Shown here one piece after another: positions 1-14,560 of a stretch of 64,000 nucleotides of DNA. The position numbers were made by a program, and so were the translations under genes. This DNA comes from the human T2T-CHM13v2.0 reference genome, Homo sapiens. Position 1 is the stretch's first letter; every line of letters begins with the position of its first letter. The notes under the pieces are model-generated. The model was not told the origin of the DNA. It was given only the letters and a program-made list of their open reading frames with translations, and searched no databases. Location of the stretch: assembly GCF_009914755.1 (NCBI RefSeq), contig NC_060925.1; one strand, written 5' to 3'.

Positions 1-53
1 GGGAGCTAAAATTTAAGATGAGATTTTAGTGGGGACACAGCCAAACCATATCA
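1..53 (-). mobile_element. THE1/MST-type MaLR LTR terminus, cut by the window edge
   Basis: gggagct...gatgagattttagtggggacacagccaaaccatatca is the reverse complement of the THE1 LTR start tgatatggtttggctgtgtcccc. Confidence 0.85.
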
Positions 54-234
54 GAAGCCAACTGAAATAATAGGCCTGGATGTAAATAACATCTGAACTC
101 TAAGTTTTGTGATGGGGCTAGTTTTTTTGTTGTTTGGTTTGTTTTTGTAAATACCTTTGAGACATTTTTTTGCACGTATGGTACATTTCACAATGTAATT
201 TCTTAAAACATGATGTTGGATCATTTGCAAGAAC

Positions 235-996
235 TTTTTTTTAATTTTATTTTTGTAATTTTTTAACTGTTATTTTAAGTTCTGTGGTACATGTACAGGT
301 TTTTTACACAGGTAAATGTGTGTCATGGGGGTTTGCTGAGCAAATTATTTTATCACTCAGGTATTAAACCTAGCACCTATCATTTATTTTTCCTGATCTT
401 CTCCTTCCTTCCACCCTCTACTGTCTGATAGGCCACAGTGTGTGTCGTTCCCCTCTACGTGTTCATGTGTTCCCATCATTTACTCCCACTTGTAAGTGAG
501 AGCATGTGGTATTTGATTTTCTGTTCCTGTGTTAGTTTGCTAAGAATAATGCCCTCCATCTCCATCCATATACCTCCAAAGGACATAATCTTGTTCTTTA
601 TTATAACTGCATAGTATTCCATGGTGTATATGTACCACATTTTCTATATCCAATCTATCATTGATGGGCATTTAGGTTGATTCCATGCCTTTGCTATTGT
701 GAACGGGGCTGGAATGAAAAAACACATGCACATGTCTTTATAATAGAATGATTTATATTCCTTTGAGTATATACCCAGTAATGGGGTGGCAGAGTCAAAT
801 GATGTTTTTGTCTTTAGGTCTTTGAGGAATTGCCACACTTCCTTCCACAATGGTTAAACTAATTTACACTCCCACCAACTGTGTGTAAGTGTTCCTTTTT
901 CTCCAAACCTCACCAGCATCTGTTATTTTTTGACTTTTTAATAATAGCCATTCTGACTGGTGTGAGATGGCATCTCATTGTGGTTTTGATTTGCAT
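235..996 (-). mobile_element. L1PA13-16-like LINE-1 3' end (ORF2 C-terminus, 3' UTR, degraded poly-A)
   Basis: T-rich tail at ~235-280 followed by typical L1P 3' UTR. ORF 644..850 (WQFLKDL...PLLGIY...FTIAKAWNQPKCPSMIDWI) matches the L1 ORF2p C-terminus. Confidence 0.92.
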
Positions 997-1179
997 GGCC
1001 GACTAGAAGCAGCTACAGTGTGTGGCTCTTACAGAGAGGACTGAAAGGGAAGAGTAAATACAGCACCTTCAATTGAAACCTCCTGGTACTTGCACTGGGA
1101 CTAATCAAGGAAACAACTGGACCCACAGATAACAAAGAAAAGGAAGACAGGACTGCAGCCCACCTAGGAGTGACACGGG
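995..1179 (+). mobile_element. L1P (L1PA13-16 type) 5' UTR start, inverted relative to the adjacent 3' fragment
   Basis: atggccgactagaagcagct...gagtaaatacagcaccttcaa...ggactaatcaaggaaacaact resembles the first ~200 nt of older L1PA 5' UTRs. Confidence 0.75.
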
Positions 1180-1649
1180 TATGTCTCAATTTATCTGAGA
1201 AGTATTGAAGGCTTTGTTATGGAAAGCTGTTTACAGTCTAATTTCTTACTCTTTGGTGTCTAAAACCGATTCCAACTCAGCAAAACCTCAATTTCTGTAA
1301 TTCTTGTATTCCCTTAAATTTATACCTGAAACTGGACTCTTTTTTTCCCCCAGAGCTCATCTCTTTCTTTTAATATACATTTACTGAATCTTCTCAAACA
1401 ATTCCCTGAAACTACAGGATCAGTAGGAACCTGGCCCACTTCCACCATGTGTGATAATATTGCCAAATGTTTACTGGTGAATAACAAGGATATACATCTT
1501 TCTAACATACCTTGTCTATTTTCTCACCACCAGTCTACAGGTCCACTGGCACATGTTTTAAATTATTTTACTTCAACCACCCATATCAAGGCACACATTT
1601 CTACATCATTTAGATTGTCGAATTTCTACAACAGAAAAGTACCAGGATG

Positions 1650-2035
1650 TCTGCAGGCTAAGGCATGATAAGACTATGTTTCTTTCTCTTGCAACAATAC
1701 TGAGCAGGTAAAGAAGTTGCTGGGGTAGCCTGCTTATGCTCAGTTGTTATTGGATAAAGGCTTACCAAGGCTCTTCCACCCTCTTCAAAATATGGCTTCC
1801 AAGTTGTCGTTAGAATCATCTGCACTCCAGTCAGCCAGAAGGAGAAATAATATAATAGAGCATGTGTGGGAGTTATTATGAGCCCTCCAGGACCAGAAAT
1901 AATTCAGATTATTTCAGTGTTCAAACCCCCTTGACTGAAACTGTCCCATGGCTATAGTTAACTATACCAAATGCTGGGAAATGCTAGGTATAGCCAGGAA
2001 GAAGAAGAAAAATTAGATTGTGTTGAGCAATTTCT
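1650..2035 (-). mobile_element. Degenerate MLT1 (J/K/L-like) LTR fragment
   Basis: Weak motifs: atggcttccaag, catggctatagttaacta...gctgggaaatg...ccaggaagaagaagaaa. Confidence 0.4.
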
Positions 2036-3906
2036 AACATTAGGAACGTTAAGCGAACATTTTGTTGTCAGAGGCAGAGCTTGCACAGATTTCAAGAAAG
2101 TGTTAGAAAGCTAGGCCATTTTCATACAAATCTAACATCTGCAGAAACCCAGAAGTAATGCAGTACACTTTTAGATAATTTTGAGAACAATGAAAGGTAA
2201 AAAAACATATAATGAAATAAAGGTGAAATGCAGGCAAATGATATGCTTATAATTTCAGTGTTCATTCACAGTCATTTAAATGCTGACAAATACAGACTCC
2301 ATGATGATTGAACTTGACAGAGGTGGCTTCATTGGACTGAGTAAACTGTAAAGGATCTTGGTGAATTTCAATCGTGGTTGACACAAATCTCCCTTTGTTT
2401 GTTAAAGTGAGACACCCAATGTCTAATTCTGGGCAGTAGTACATATCCACTCTAAAACACAAGCATTTTCTGTCATCAAAATACATTGTAGAAATTGATT
2501 AAAGGCTCAGCTCCCATGCAGTTTGCTAAGCCTAGTATCAGTTCAAATTTCAAGTTTTATTAAAACTACTCACAGTTTTGATGTTGAAATTTATTTTTGA
2601 GTAAAATTAAAACATCTTTTTAAAAGATTCTGCTTTCAACATTTTCTTAAGAAATGTGGTCATTGACTCTTGTGTAAAAATATAATAAAAGAGACAACTT
2701 CTAATTGTTATTTTATAGTCTTTCTCTCTGAAATACATTAATTCCAAGACAATGAACTAAACCTAAATATCTGTAAATGTTAACATACAATTTCTTCTGG
2801 AGATAGAGTTTATGTATATTTTGTAAAGCATGTAAGAACCCTAAATAACTGAATAACTCTGATCTATATTTTTGCCAGTATTTGAGTTCCTAACTAAAAT
2901 TTATTTTCAAGAGCCTATTTAGTATAACTGTATCATTTTCTAAATATATAAAGTAGATGGAAAGAATTTAATATAGACAGACTTTGTATATATTTATGAT
3001 TTCCATGAAAATTTTGTCATTGTTTTCCTAGAATATATTCTGTAGCCAGGGATAGCATGAAATTCAACACAGGCAAGTTTTCTTGATCTCATGCCCACTT
3101 TGATTTGTGTCGTTCTATCTCCCTCTGTTACCATATTGTAGTTTCCCAGCGTTCAGCAATCATGATGTCTTTTGACATTTAATAACCCCTCTGAAAAGTC
3201 TCATACTCTTTCGGTCGTTTTTCTCCATTCTTTCTTACACGTGCATTGTCTCTTATGTGTTGAGGTACATTTTCTTGTCTGCTCTGCAGTTTGCTTTTTT
3301 CTGCTGTCTCGTTATTTCCTCTGAGGCCTCTCATTGTATTCCCTTTATACCTATGCTTTCTTCCTGCAATGCTCTCTAATCCCCTAGTACCACTTCTGCT
3401 TCTTCGTTGAACTCCCGTTGTGCCCTCACTTTCCAGAGATGCACTAGTTCCCTTCATGCTATTTTTAGGATCTTCACTGAAAAGATGTATCCTAATACTT
3501 GGTTTGGTGCTGGAATCTGTCTCCTAATGCTTGGAAAATGTCCATGCCTTAGAGGAGAAAGACAAGCTCCCCAGAAAACAAATGGCATATAGAACCTAAG
3601 TTACAAACAAAGCCTGTTATTCAACGTAATGTATGACTTTCTAAATTAAAAATAGTATTGTTCCCAGTTCACTTAAATATTATTGTAATCATATTCTCTG
3701 CAGTTATTGAGATCAAATCAGAAGAAAACTTTGGCTTTCTTTTAACTTATACTTTGTATCTATTTTTGTGGGTTACATTTTGACAACCTCCTTCCAACAC
3801 TTCCTGGAATAATTTACATGGCCCTTCCACCTGGAAAGTCTGCCCTTCCTTCTAGACCTACACTAAAAAAGTAATCTTTTCTGTGGGCATTTCTTCAGGT
3901 CAGTAA

Positions 3907-4318
<412 letters not shown>

Positions 4319-5277
4319 CTAATAAAAGCCTATGTCATTCTCTGTGTTCTATAGTACATAAATGTCATTGTTTTCCCTTAAAATATATCAATGAGGGCAA
4401 GAAACAAAACATACTCAACTTAGTATGTGAAACACTACATCTGAATATGTAATAAAGTAACAACGTTTGTTGACTGTTAAAGACAACTTATTTTAAAAGT
4501 CATCCAGAAGAGAAAGACACAGCCAATATTGCAAAGGTAAAATACCACTATGTGCATACATAGTTTTAAATTTTTATTTGTATATTATTGGTTTATAGCA
4601 TATAAATATAATGTTTTATGTCACATTTCTTTTGATTCTTTCATGAATGACATCCCATGTGAATTCAAACAGACAAAGGTTTGTTTATTTATTTTGCTGA
4701 CATCAAATGTTTGGAAAAGTGCTTTATTATTGAAAAATTCTAACATGACTTTAAAAATAATATAATTCTCAATTATTCCTATAAGCTTCTCTTATTTTTC
4801 CAACTTTACATTGCCATTACTATCACCAAAACAAAACTGTATATTTCTGAGATTCTGCTGCTAAAACACATGAGATTTTAAAATAATTTTATATTTATTC
4901 AATTTGGAGGTTATTGAATCACTTACATATTTGTTGATTACCAGGACATAGATATTTTGGCATTATAAACTGTATGTTTTTGAACTGAGAACTCAAGGAA
5001 TAATGTGGTATAAAAAAAGCAGTGTTTCAGTGATAATGTTAAAAGGTATTTCTCAATATTTATACATTTTGTAAATATTTACTTGATTTTCATAAAGAAT
5101 TTAGCAAGTAAAAACATTGTTAATTTAACTGTTAAAAGTGTGGTATATAATTCAAATGTATTGTTATCGATGTATAACTACAATAATTAATGTAAAATTT
5201 AAAAATATTTATATTAATAATATTATTTTAATAATAAAATTATTTAAAGCTGTAAATAAATTTTTAATGTGTTACGT

Positions 5278-5803
5278 TTTTAGAGGTAGCAAAATATGCC
5301 ACCCCACTATATGCCACTTTGGGCATAAGGATTATTTTTAGCTGAAGACACTTGAGCAGAGGCAAATACAAGAAAAGCTCTCAGCTGTCTCATATTTGCC
5401 TAAAAGCAGGATATAAATTTGCAAAGACCAAGAAGGAAAAAATTCAGTTACTGGGACAACTTTACACCCTATGAGCCCGAAGATGACACCGAAGGAATCT
5501 ATACAACAAACTTTGCTAACTAGCCATCTACTACTCATTTCCCATATATTTGCCTTCTCATAATTTGTTGGCCTAGAAACCAAGTCATTTTCCTTTTTCT
5601 TGTCACTGCTCTAAAAATGGAAGATGTTGTATAAACCCAAGTTCTAACTAAGCCTTTGAATTACTCATCTCTGGGTACTCCAGTTTGTAAGCACGATGCA
5701 CATGCTAACAAAATTCTGTTTGTTTTTCTCTTATTAATCTTTTGTCAGTTCAGTTTACAAGGCCTCAGCTGGAGAACCTAGGTAGTTGTTTTACATTTTG
5801 CTA
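5278..5803 (+). mobile_element. MER34-family ERV1 solo LTR
   Basis: aatatgccacccc...atatgccactttgggcataaggattattt..agctgaag is the characteristic MER34 5' end. ttttctcttattaatcttttgtcag...gaacctag fits the 3' part. Confidence 0.75.
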
Positions 5804-6902
5804 CGTGAATATATTACATATTAAATTTTAATCATTTGTTTCTATAACCAAGCAAATTTTACAGTGCAAATGTACAAAGAAATTATAATATTTTTGGCAC
5901 GGTTTCAGAAAAGTAGTTGGTATTAAATTTTAACTGTTCTTATTAGGCTTATGGATATATATACATATGAGATACATGCATTTAATAGTTATAACATTAT
6001 TTAAATATTTAATCTGAATTATACATTTGAACATTTTTTATCAATGAAATGTTTTATTTCATTTATTTTAATAGAGCTCTATCATGACTCATAGTTTTTT
6101 ACAATATAAAATTATGTGATTAAAGTTCTGATAAATGCTCATTATTACTATGAATCATACATTTGAAAACTCAAAATTTTCTTTTAACATAAGCAACATG
6201 TTTTAATTATAAAAAAATTTAAAAATATAAACTAAAGAAAAAATAACTTTTTATTGCCAATCTATAATAATCACTATGAATATTGTGGTGGCTATTAGTT
6301 CTTTGTGATGACAAAGAGATAAGTACACCATCTAAACTGATAGCCTTAGTTCATCATAATTCATATGTATAATATTTATTATTTACTAACTCTTTGGCCA
6401 GATAGATACACAAACTGTCATAACTGTGCCTTACAACACATATGGACCTGTTTTTATATTCTGCAGTTAAACCTGGCAGAATTTAGCTCCCAGTGTTCTT
6501 AGAGTCTCAATGCTGCAAGTTTTAAAGAAACTTAGAAAATGAGAATATAAGCTAAGAAAAATAATCTTTCTCCAGGATAAAAACCTTAGGCTGCAGAAGT
6601 TCACAAGGCTTCCTATGCTCTTGGTAATATCATTGTTCCTAATCACTCCAAAATGATGCTGCCTGCATTATCGTGAAAATATGTCTAAGAGCAAGTGCCA
6701 CGGGAGGCTATAATTAGAACTGCCCACTCACTTTCTCTAGGAGGATATCAAAACTAATGTTCCTAGACCCTACATCCCTGCATACCTAGGTGACACCAAA
6801 AATTTAAGTCTTTAGATCATCTACCACTATGTAGAATTTTATGTACATCCCGCTATGGACTCTCCTAATTGCAGCTAATCTTTCATTGCTACCATACACA
6901 TT

Positions 6903-7220
6903 TGTGATAGATTATTAAAATGGCCAAATGTTCTTTCCCTCCTGCATTCATGCCTTTATAGTGTGGCATTGCAGATTATTCCATTAAGAAAATGAATCTA
7001 TCTCTCTGCCCCTTGATTCTGAGTTGGCCATTTGATTTGTTTTGTCCAAAAGGACATTAGAGAATGTGATGCAAGAAGAGATTTATAATGTGTGTGTGTA
7101 CCATCATACTAGGACACCTTTGCTGCTTTTGGGATTCCTGAAGCTGCCACATGAAAACCAAAAACAAAAATAAAAACCCCAGCTACACTGCTGGAAGAAA
7201 AGACATTATGTCAATGAACA
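6903..7220 (+). mobile_element. MLT1G/H-like MaLR LTR fragment
   Basis: tgtgatag...aaaatggcc...gaatctatctctctgccccttgattctgagttggcc...tgttttgtccaa. Confidence 0.6.
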
Positions 7221-9384
7221 CCACAAACTTCCTAAATAAAATGTTTAAGATAAAAACAGACATAACATCAAAACATAGGTAATATTTTATTTTATTTTGC
7301 AATTTTATTAAAAACCTAATTCTAGGAAGTCTAGGATAAACATTTTTAAGGAACACACTTTCAAATAATTAGATGACTCATTTCATTTCTAATTATATTT
7401 ATTATAAAAAGTACACTGTAAAATAAACTTTGATATTAAAGTTGATATTTTACATGCACATATTTTTTTCAAAACTTTGAATTGACTAGTGAAATTTGTA
7501 GCAATAATGCTCTATATTAAAATATTCTGCTAAAATGTTTTGTAAAAGTCTAAAGAAAAAGTGTATGCTGTAAAAAAATTTTAATAATAAGGAACATAAT
7601 TTCAGAGTTCTTACGGTATGACTATCAAATTATTATTTTTTTGTTTATCAAAATAGCAGATCAGAAGCATTTTAACAAAATGAGAAGAAAATTCGTAATA
7701 ATGGTGGAAAGTGTAGAAAAAAAAGATATTACCTACAAAATAGGTTGAGTTCTGGGACATCAATTAACTACTTGTTTCGTATTTATATCCCTTTTGCGGG
7801 GATGGGGTAAGAGAAAGTTTATTTAAAAGATATAGTGCCTTATCCCATTCATTTATGAAAGGAAGTATAAAAGCTATATTTGAGTATTTAATGAAAATAA
7901 GAACGCTTTAAAAAGAAAATATTTTATAAATAAACATATATACATATGTATATATCCCCTTTGTTTTGTGAACTACCTGAAAGTCTCCAAAAGGGTTTAC
8001 TTTTATTGTTTAAAATAATATATACCTTAACATGTATATGTATCTCCATGATATGTAGTGTATATATATACATACATACATATATAATAGTATTCAAATA
8101 AAAACAGTATAAGATATAATGTGAAAAAGAATAGGCTAATTGTCTTAATTTATGTGTACAACTTGTAATAAAGTTTAATAGAGAATTAAAATTGTATTTA
8201 AAATAACATAAGTGAGAATACACAGTAAAACCACTCATGACTTTATTTTGATAACATATGTTTTCCTTTGAAAAATCTGCCTAATCCATCCTTTACAAAA
8301 TAATATTCTATTCTTGAGTACAACATAATTAAGAATGTTCTTCCCTATCAGATACTGTATTTATGATAGCTAATGCATAGTCATGGAAAGAGAGAAGGGG
8401 AAATATAGGATGAATTTGCATATAAGTACTGGATGAAAATATACATATAATGCATTTATCATGCATCAAAATTTGTACTTGGCATTCTCCATATTTTATA
8501 CATATTTCACCTTTGTATGGGTAAAACTTTAAATACATATTTCACATACATTCAATAAATTATATGAAATCACAAATATTTTATTATATTTACATAGGGG
8601 CCATGATAACTTCTTCACTATTATTCCAATATTAGGATATGTGCTACTGCTGAAAATAATTAATGCAGTTTTTGTATGCTTTTATAATGTAATATTTCAA
8701 CAAAAAATGCTTAATACTATTGAATATTCTTCAAAGACATGATTATTAATGACTGTTTGGAATTCTATTGCCCTTCCCCTTCTTTATGCTTAATGTTTCT
8801 TTTATTTTTTCTTCTTTAATGTTGTGGATATTTCTTATTACCTAAGAAAACTAGTTCTGCAATCTACTAATTTTCCTTTTATGTTTAAAGAATATGGGAA
8901 GTGGCTTAATGCCAAGAAGGAGGTGATGCAGCAAATCCCATTGTGAAATGATTCATCAAAGTCTCAGAGGAAACAGAATCTAGTTATTCTAAGAAAGAAT
9001 GAGTGTGTTTGAGCTATGTTGTCTCATTCACTCCCCCATGTATTCTATCAGGTAGAAAAATATAAAAAATGTAGAGTATGACTCTTGCTGTTTTATCTTA
9101 GCTATTTTGGCTAAACCTTAGCAATTAGGAAAATACATTAAAAAATCCTCCATTTGTAGAGCTAGATATACCCCATAGTAATCACTCTGAGTTGGTAAAA
9201 TTATGTAATTGAACAACACTCCACCCTGGTTAGATAATACAATACTAGAGACTGAGTAATTAGATAAACAAGTCTCAAGTTTTGGGTAAAGTTCTATCAT
9301 TCTTTATTACAGGTAAAGATCTGAGAGTTGTAGGAAAATGCTGTATTAAGTACCGGAATTAGTCAAACTCATGCAATTCTTCTT

Positions 9385-9660
9385 TTTAGATAATGAAGAG
9401 ACTAGGACTAAGAACATGTTTAGAGACTAAAACACTGTGATCTGAAGAGAGAGAAGTTACAGGAAAGGAAACTATGAAGGCGCAGTCAATGAAGTGACAG
9501 GAAACATGGGCAAGTGAGCTGCAATAGAAACCAGAAGAAGAAAGTCTTTCAAAACAAAGATAGTGGCCAATGTTACTGAATGTTACTAATAGGCCAAATA
9601 ATATAAAAAAAGAAACGATTTGATTTGACAATATCAGAATCTTTGATATTCTTGAATAGT
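9385..9660 (-). mobile_element. L2 fragment
   Basis: Purine-rich L2 antisense motifs (agaaaccagaagaagaaagtctttcaa, gatttgatttgacaat). Confidence 0.6.
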
Positions 9661-9914
9661 ATTAAACTCTTATTTAATGATATTAAGATAAATCAGCTTG
9701 GTGAATATAGTCTTTACTTCTCGCTGTTGAGTTTAATAGATAGCAATAATGGGAAAGGACTTCAAACCTACTAAGCAATTAATGATGCAGTTCTAGTAGT
9801 ATTGTCTTTTACTGTGTCTCATAAAAGTTATTAATGTCATTAAAATAGCTGAAGAAATAAAATCAAGGTCTGGTCTTTCATATGGATTTCCAGAAGCATT
9901 CTGAGTCCCCATTA

Positions 9915-10000
9915 AATTCTCTCTCCTCTCTCTACCTCCTCTTCCTTTCCCGACCCTTTCCTTCTCTTTCTCTCTTCTCTTTTCGTTTTGTTCTCTAACT
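9915..10000. repeat. CT-rich low-complexity tract
   Basis: Direct reading of the sequence. Confidence 0.7.
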
Positions 10001-11824
10001 TATTTGCTCTCTCCTACCTTGCATTTTTCCCATTACCCCCATACACTCCTCTCATTCCCATTTGTTATCTAGAATACAATGTAAGATTTCCTCTCTTCCT
10101 TAAACATCCAATTCCCGTTTTTCTTCTGTCGACTTCTGTATTTTTCTTCTACAGATTGTCGAAATATATGCAGCAATTAATGTGACTTAAAGTGCCTCAG
10201 TCAGATTGTCAGAGATATTTTATTTCTACGTAATAAAAGAAAATATCAATTTTTTTTTCTTCTACCACACAACACTCTAAATAAATACATAGGGACTTTT
10301 GTTATCAGAGTTGTAAAGACACAGGGAGCCAATCAGAGATTAGGCTGATTACTAACAGCAAAAAACAAGAACAAATATGATTCTCTTAGGTACCATGAGG
10401 ACCCTCCCTGTTATCCTTGCAGCTGAGCATCTACACATATAATTTTCATCCTGAAATTGAGGGCTAAAGTAATCAGAAAATGCAGGCAATTCCTATTTTG
10501 TAATACACAATTCTTTAGTAAACCTGAAATACTTTCTACTACTATATTTAGTAAAACTTCCTTAGTTTCCACATGTTGTACATGTTTCAAGTTTTGTCTA
10601 AATATTACATTGAAGTGATTATATTTCAGCACTACTCAAATAAGGCAGAGAAAAGTAGCACTGAAAATAGAAAGTGAGTGAGTTGTATTTATGCTTGAGT
10701 TAACCTAGGGTTTTATTTTATATCCTAGTTATTTAAACTTATTGTCAAAATGAAAGTTTTCATAAGTAGCAAATCTAGCTGTAGCTTATTATACATTAGA
10801 ATTTTTTTCTTTCACCTTAGATCCAACATGTTAATTTTGCATGTGCCAAGGTAAATATATTCTGATGAAAGTGCTTCAATCTTAGAATCCTGAACTTCAG
10901 TGGGTAAATTAAGCCAATAGTATATTTTATTATGAAAGTTACAGTGGCTGAGTCCTTCTTGATGCCAGCATTTGAGTCTTACATAGAACTAGCTGTGTCG
11001 TCTCTCAGCATGCACAATTCTAAGATTTGACAACAGAGTTACATTGAATTGAGCAAGATTCTGGGTAACTCTAGCTGCCAAACTTCAGAATAACATCTTC
11101 TAGGGGTAAAAACAGGGTAATCACTGTCAAACTCAAGGACCTGAGAGATACAGCTTTGTACCTACAACTTCATAACGCTATGCTATAACTCTAGCAGAGA
11201 TGAAACAGAGCAGGAAAAGATCAGTACTTTAAAAGAATATGAGCTTAGTAATAAACTTTATGTGGGTTTTTTGTTAAATACGAATATACTTTTAAAATAA
11301 GTCAAATTTTTATTATATTTTTATTTTTCCCTAGATTTAAAGTTAATCTTTTTAACCTGAACAAACTAATTTTATATCAAGTGATTCACTCAAATATGTT
11401 GATTTTCTTTCCAGTTTTCTTAAGAACTTGCTAGGAGGAAGGCTAATATGTGTAAAATACTAAGGTTCTAATGGTTAACATGATGCTGTATATGTTCATT
11501 GTTTTTTCATATATTAGAAACCATACAAAGGAAGGACAATTAACAATATAATTTAAGACAGATGTCCTGTTTAACCCTCCAATCTTTTTGCATCTATATA
11601 AACAAGTAAATTATTGTACATTTATTTATTCAGTCAACAGCTGTTCTTTGAGTGTATATCATATGAGTCATTTTTCAAGGAAACATATATAGGATTTAAC
11701 TCAATGGAAAAAGTACCTGTTTACATTTATGATGAAGGAACTACAGAAGAAAATACAAAACATTTCAGGTAAACATCAGTTAGAAGGAGAGTAAAGCAAT
11801 AAGACGACAAACATTGATGGTGGG

Positions 11825-12420
11825 AAAATGTCAAGTGTTGTCGAGGATTAAGAGCAGCTACAATCCTCATTCACTGCTAGTGAGCGCGATTTGCTAAAGT
11901 CATTTGAAAAATTATTAGGCATTCTCTACTAAAGCTGAACATGTGCAAATTCCATGATCCAATAATTCCATTCCTAGATATAATTCCAAAAGAAATGTAA
12001 TTTTATGTTTACCAAACATATATAGTAAAATGATCATAGCAGCACTACATTAAATAAGCCCTGAAAGGAAAATAAACAAATGCTCATCAACAGTATAACA
12101 GATGAACAAATTGTGGTTATTCATACCAGAGAATATTACACAGCCATGAGAATAATCAACAACTGCATGACCTAGAGGAGAACATAACGGAAAATGCCTT
12201 TATATAAAAATCCTAAAGTAGGTCATAGTCCTGTATGCTGTCAAATGTCAAGGTCAGTATCATTTTGGAGTGGTAAATACTGAGAGTACAAAGAATGGTG
12301 AGAACGTCATGCTACTGATAATATTTGATTTCTTAATTTGGAACTGGTTTCCTGATGTGGATTCTTTACTTCACTCTGACATTATCTCAAGCTAATATTT
12401 TACTTTCTTTCACAGTATAT
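11825..12420 (+). mobile_element. L1ME-type 3' fragment
   Basis: ccatgatccaataattccattcctagatata, aaacaaatgctcatcaacagta, aaattgtgg..attcatac..gaatattacacagc. Confidence 0.7.
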
Positions 12421-12956
12421 CTGTCAATACTTTCAGTTTTCTAAGTAGTATAGCAATGGGTTATAAAATGTCTCTTTATAAAGTTTTGGGAGGTGATTTA
12501 CTTTCATTTATGTTCATAACAGGAGATAAATAGAAAGTGTTTTTGAATAAGAAAGTAACTGAAATTCAGTGAGATGGCATCCCCAAAATATGAGTTGGTA
12601 GCATTAATAACAAAAATAGTCTCTTTTCCTGAATTCTAGTCTATGAATTTGTAAAATCTGCTGAAATATGAAGGGTATCCAACCATTACAGGCATTAGTG
12701 ACCCTCATCACCACTTTTAGTTTTAATGTAACATCAACTTACATTTGAAGCAAACCCTTCCTAAATATACACTCAAAAGTACAGCATTCTATCTACTGTG
12801 TTTGTAATAAGATCAAAACTACCTATAATATAAAAGGTATTATAGGAGGTTTTGTTAAATTTTGCCAACAAAAATTATTCCTGACATTTCTCTTGATTGA
12901 ATATATTCACAGTACATACCTATTGCTATGGGGTTTTCCTCATATTTTTGTTTTAT

Positions 12957-13178
12957 CTGTTTATTTATTTTTGAGACAGAGTCTCACTCTGTTGCTCAGG
13001 CAGGAGTGCAGTGGCGCGATCACAGCTCACTGCAGCAGCCTCAACCTCCCAGTCTCCAGTGATCCTCCTACCTCAGCCTCCCAAGTAGCTGGGTCCACTA
13101 ACATGGGCCAACACACCCAGCTAATTTTGTTTTGTGTTGTTTTTTGTAGAGACAGGGTTTCCCTATGTTGCCCAGGTT
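12957..13178 (-). mobile_element. AluJ, 5'-truncated
   Basis: gatcacagctcactgcagc, gatcctcctacctcagcc, ctatgttgcccagg are AluJ diagnostics. Confidence 0.9.
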
Positions 13179-13485
13179 AACATTTTCCTTTTGTTTCAAA
13201 AAATGTATTTGCCAAAGTCAGTTTTTGTTAAACAAAAAAAGTTTTGTTTTTCAAGATTAAATGTTTCTTACAACTAAAAATATTTAATGTTCTAAATGCT
13301 TAGCAACATAAAGTAAAATTAAGATTTGTGGTAATGATTGGAAAGAAGTATGACTAAAATTACAGGAGATTGTTTCTGAAAAATGGAGTTCATTCCAGTT
13401 CTTATAAAGGCAGATTTAAGAACATGTGCATATAATATCGATGTCAGATTATACTTGAAGAGCATTTCTACATGTAGTAAAAAAA

Positions 13486-13524
13486 ATACATATATATATA
13501 TATATATATTTATATATATGTATA
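13486..13524. repeat. (TA)n microsatellite at an Alu tail
   Basis: Direct reading of the sequence. Confidence 0.9.
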
Positions 13525-13811
13525 TTTTTAAGATGGAGTCTTGTTCTGTCGCCCAGGCTGGAGTGCAATGGCACAATCTCTGCTCATTGCAACCTCTGCC
13601 TCCTGTGTTCAAGTGATTCTCCTGCCTCAGCGTTCTGAGTAGTTGGGACTACAGGCATGTGCCACCATGCCCAGCTAATTTTTGTATTTTTAGTAGAGAC
13701 GGGGTTTCACCATGTTAACCAGGCTGGTCTCAAACTCCTAACCTCAAGCAACCCACCTGCCTCGGCCTCCCAAAGTGTTAGCATTACAAGCATGAGCTAC
13801 CACAACCAGCC
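13525..13811 (-). mobile_element. AluS (Sx/Sz-like)
   Basis: Full dimer with ctgcaacctc, tttcaccatgtt, ggctggtctcaaactcc. Confidence 0.93.
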
Positions 13812-14059
13812 AAATCTAAAAGTATTTTGAAAATGATTATTTGATATTTTGACAATTGCAATTAATAGGTCATGTAAGATTTCTGAATATATGGAAAATA
13901 TTATTCACATAAAAGAGTGATTTGTATTGTCACAAAAAGTTACACTCAGAATTTTATGAAATCTATACTTTAGTTTTGTATTTTAATACATCTTGGCCTG
14001 GGTATTGTGCAGAATAATTAGGAGATTAATATCAGGTTGTATTGTCATTAAATATACAC

Positions 14060-14560
<501 letters not shown>

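Noticed and set aside
3179-3457. 92-aa hydrophilic minus-strand ORF in apparently unique sequence
   Set aside because: No recognisable domain, promoter or splice context. A purine-rich strand is stop-poor, so this length is compatible with chance. A tBLASTn or Ribo-seq hit would reopen it.
9290-9318. Recursive-splice-like motif (pyrimidine tract, CAG|GTAAAG)
   Set aside because: The donor is imperfect and there is no evidence of a host gene or its strand. Such a motif is expected by chance.
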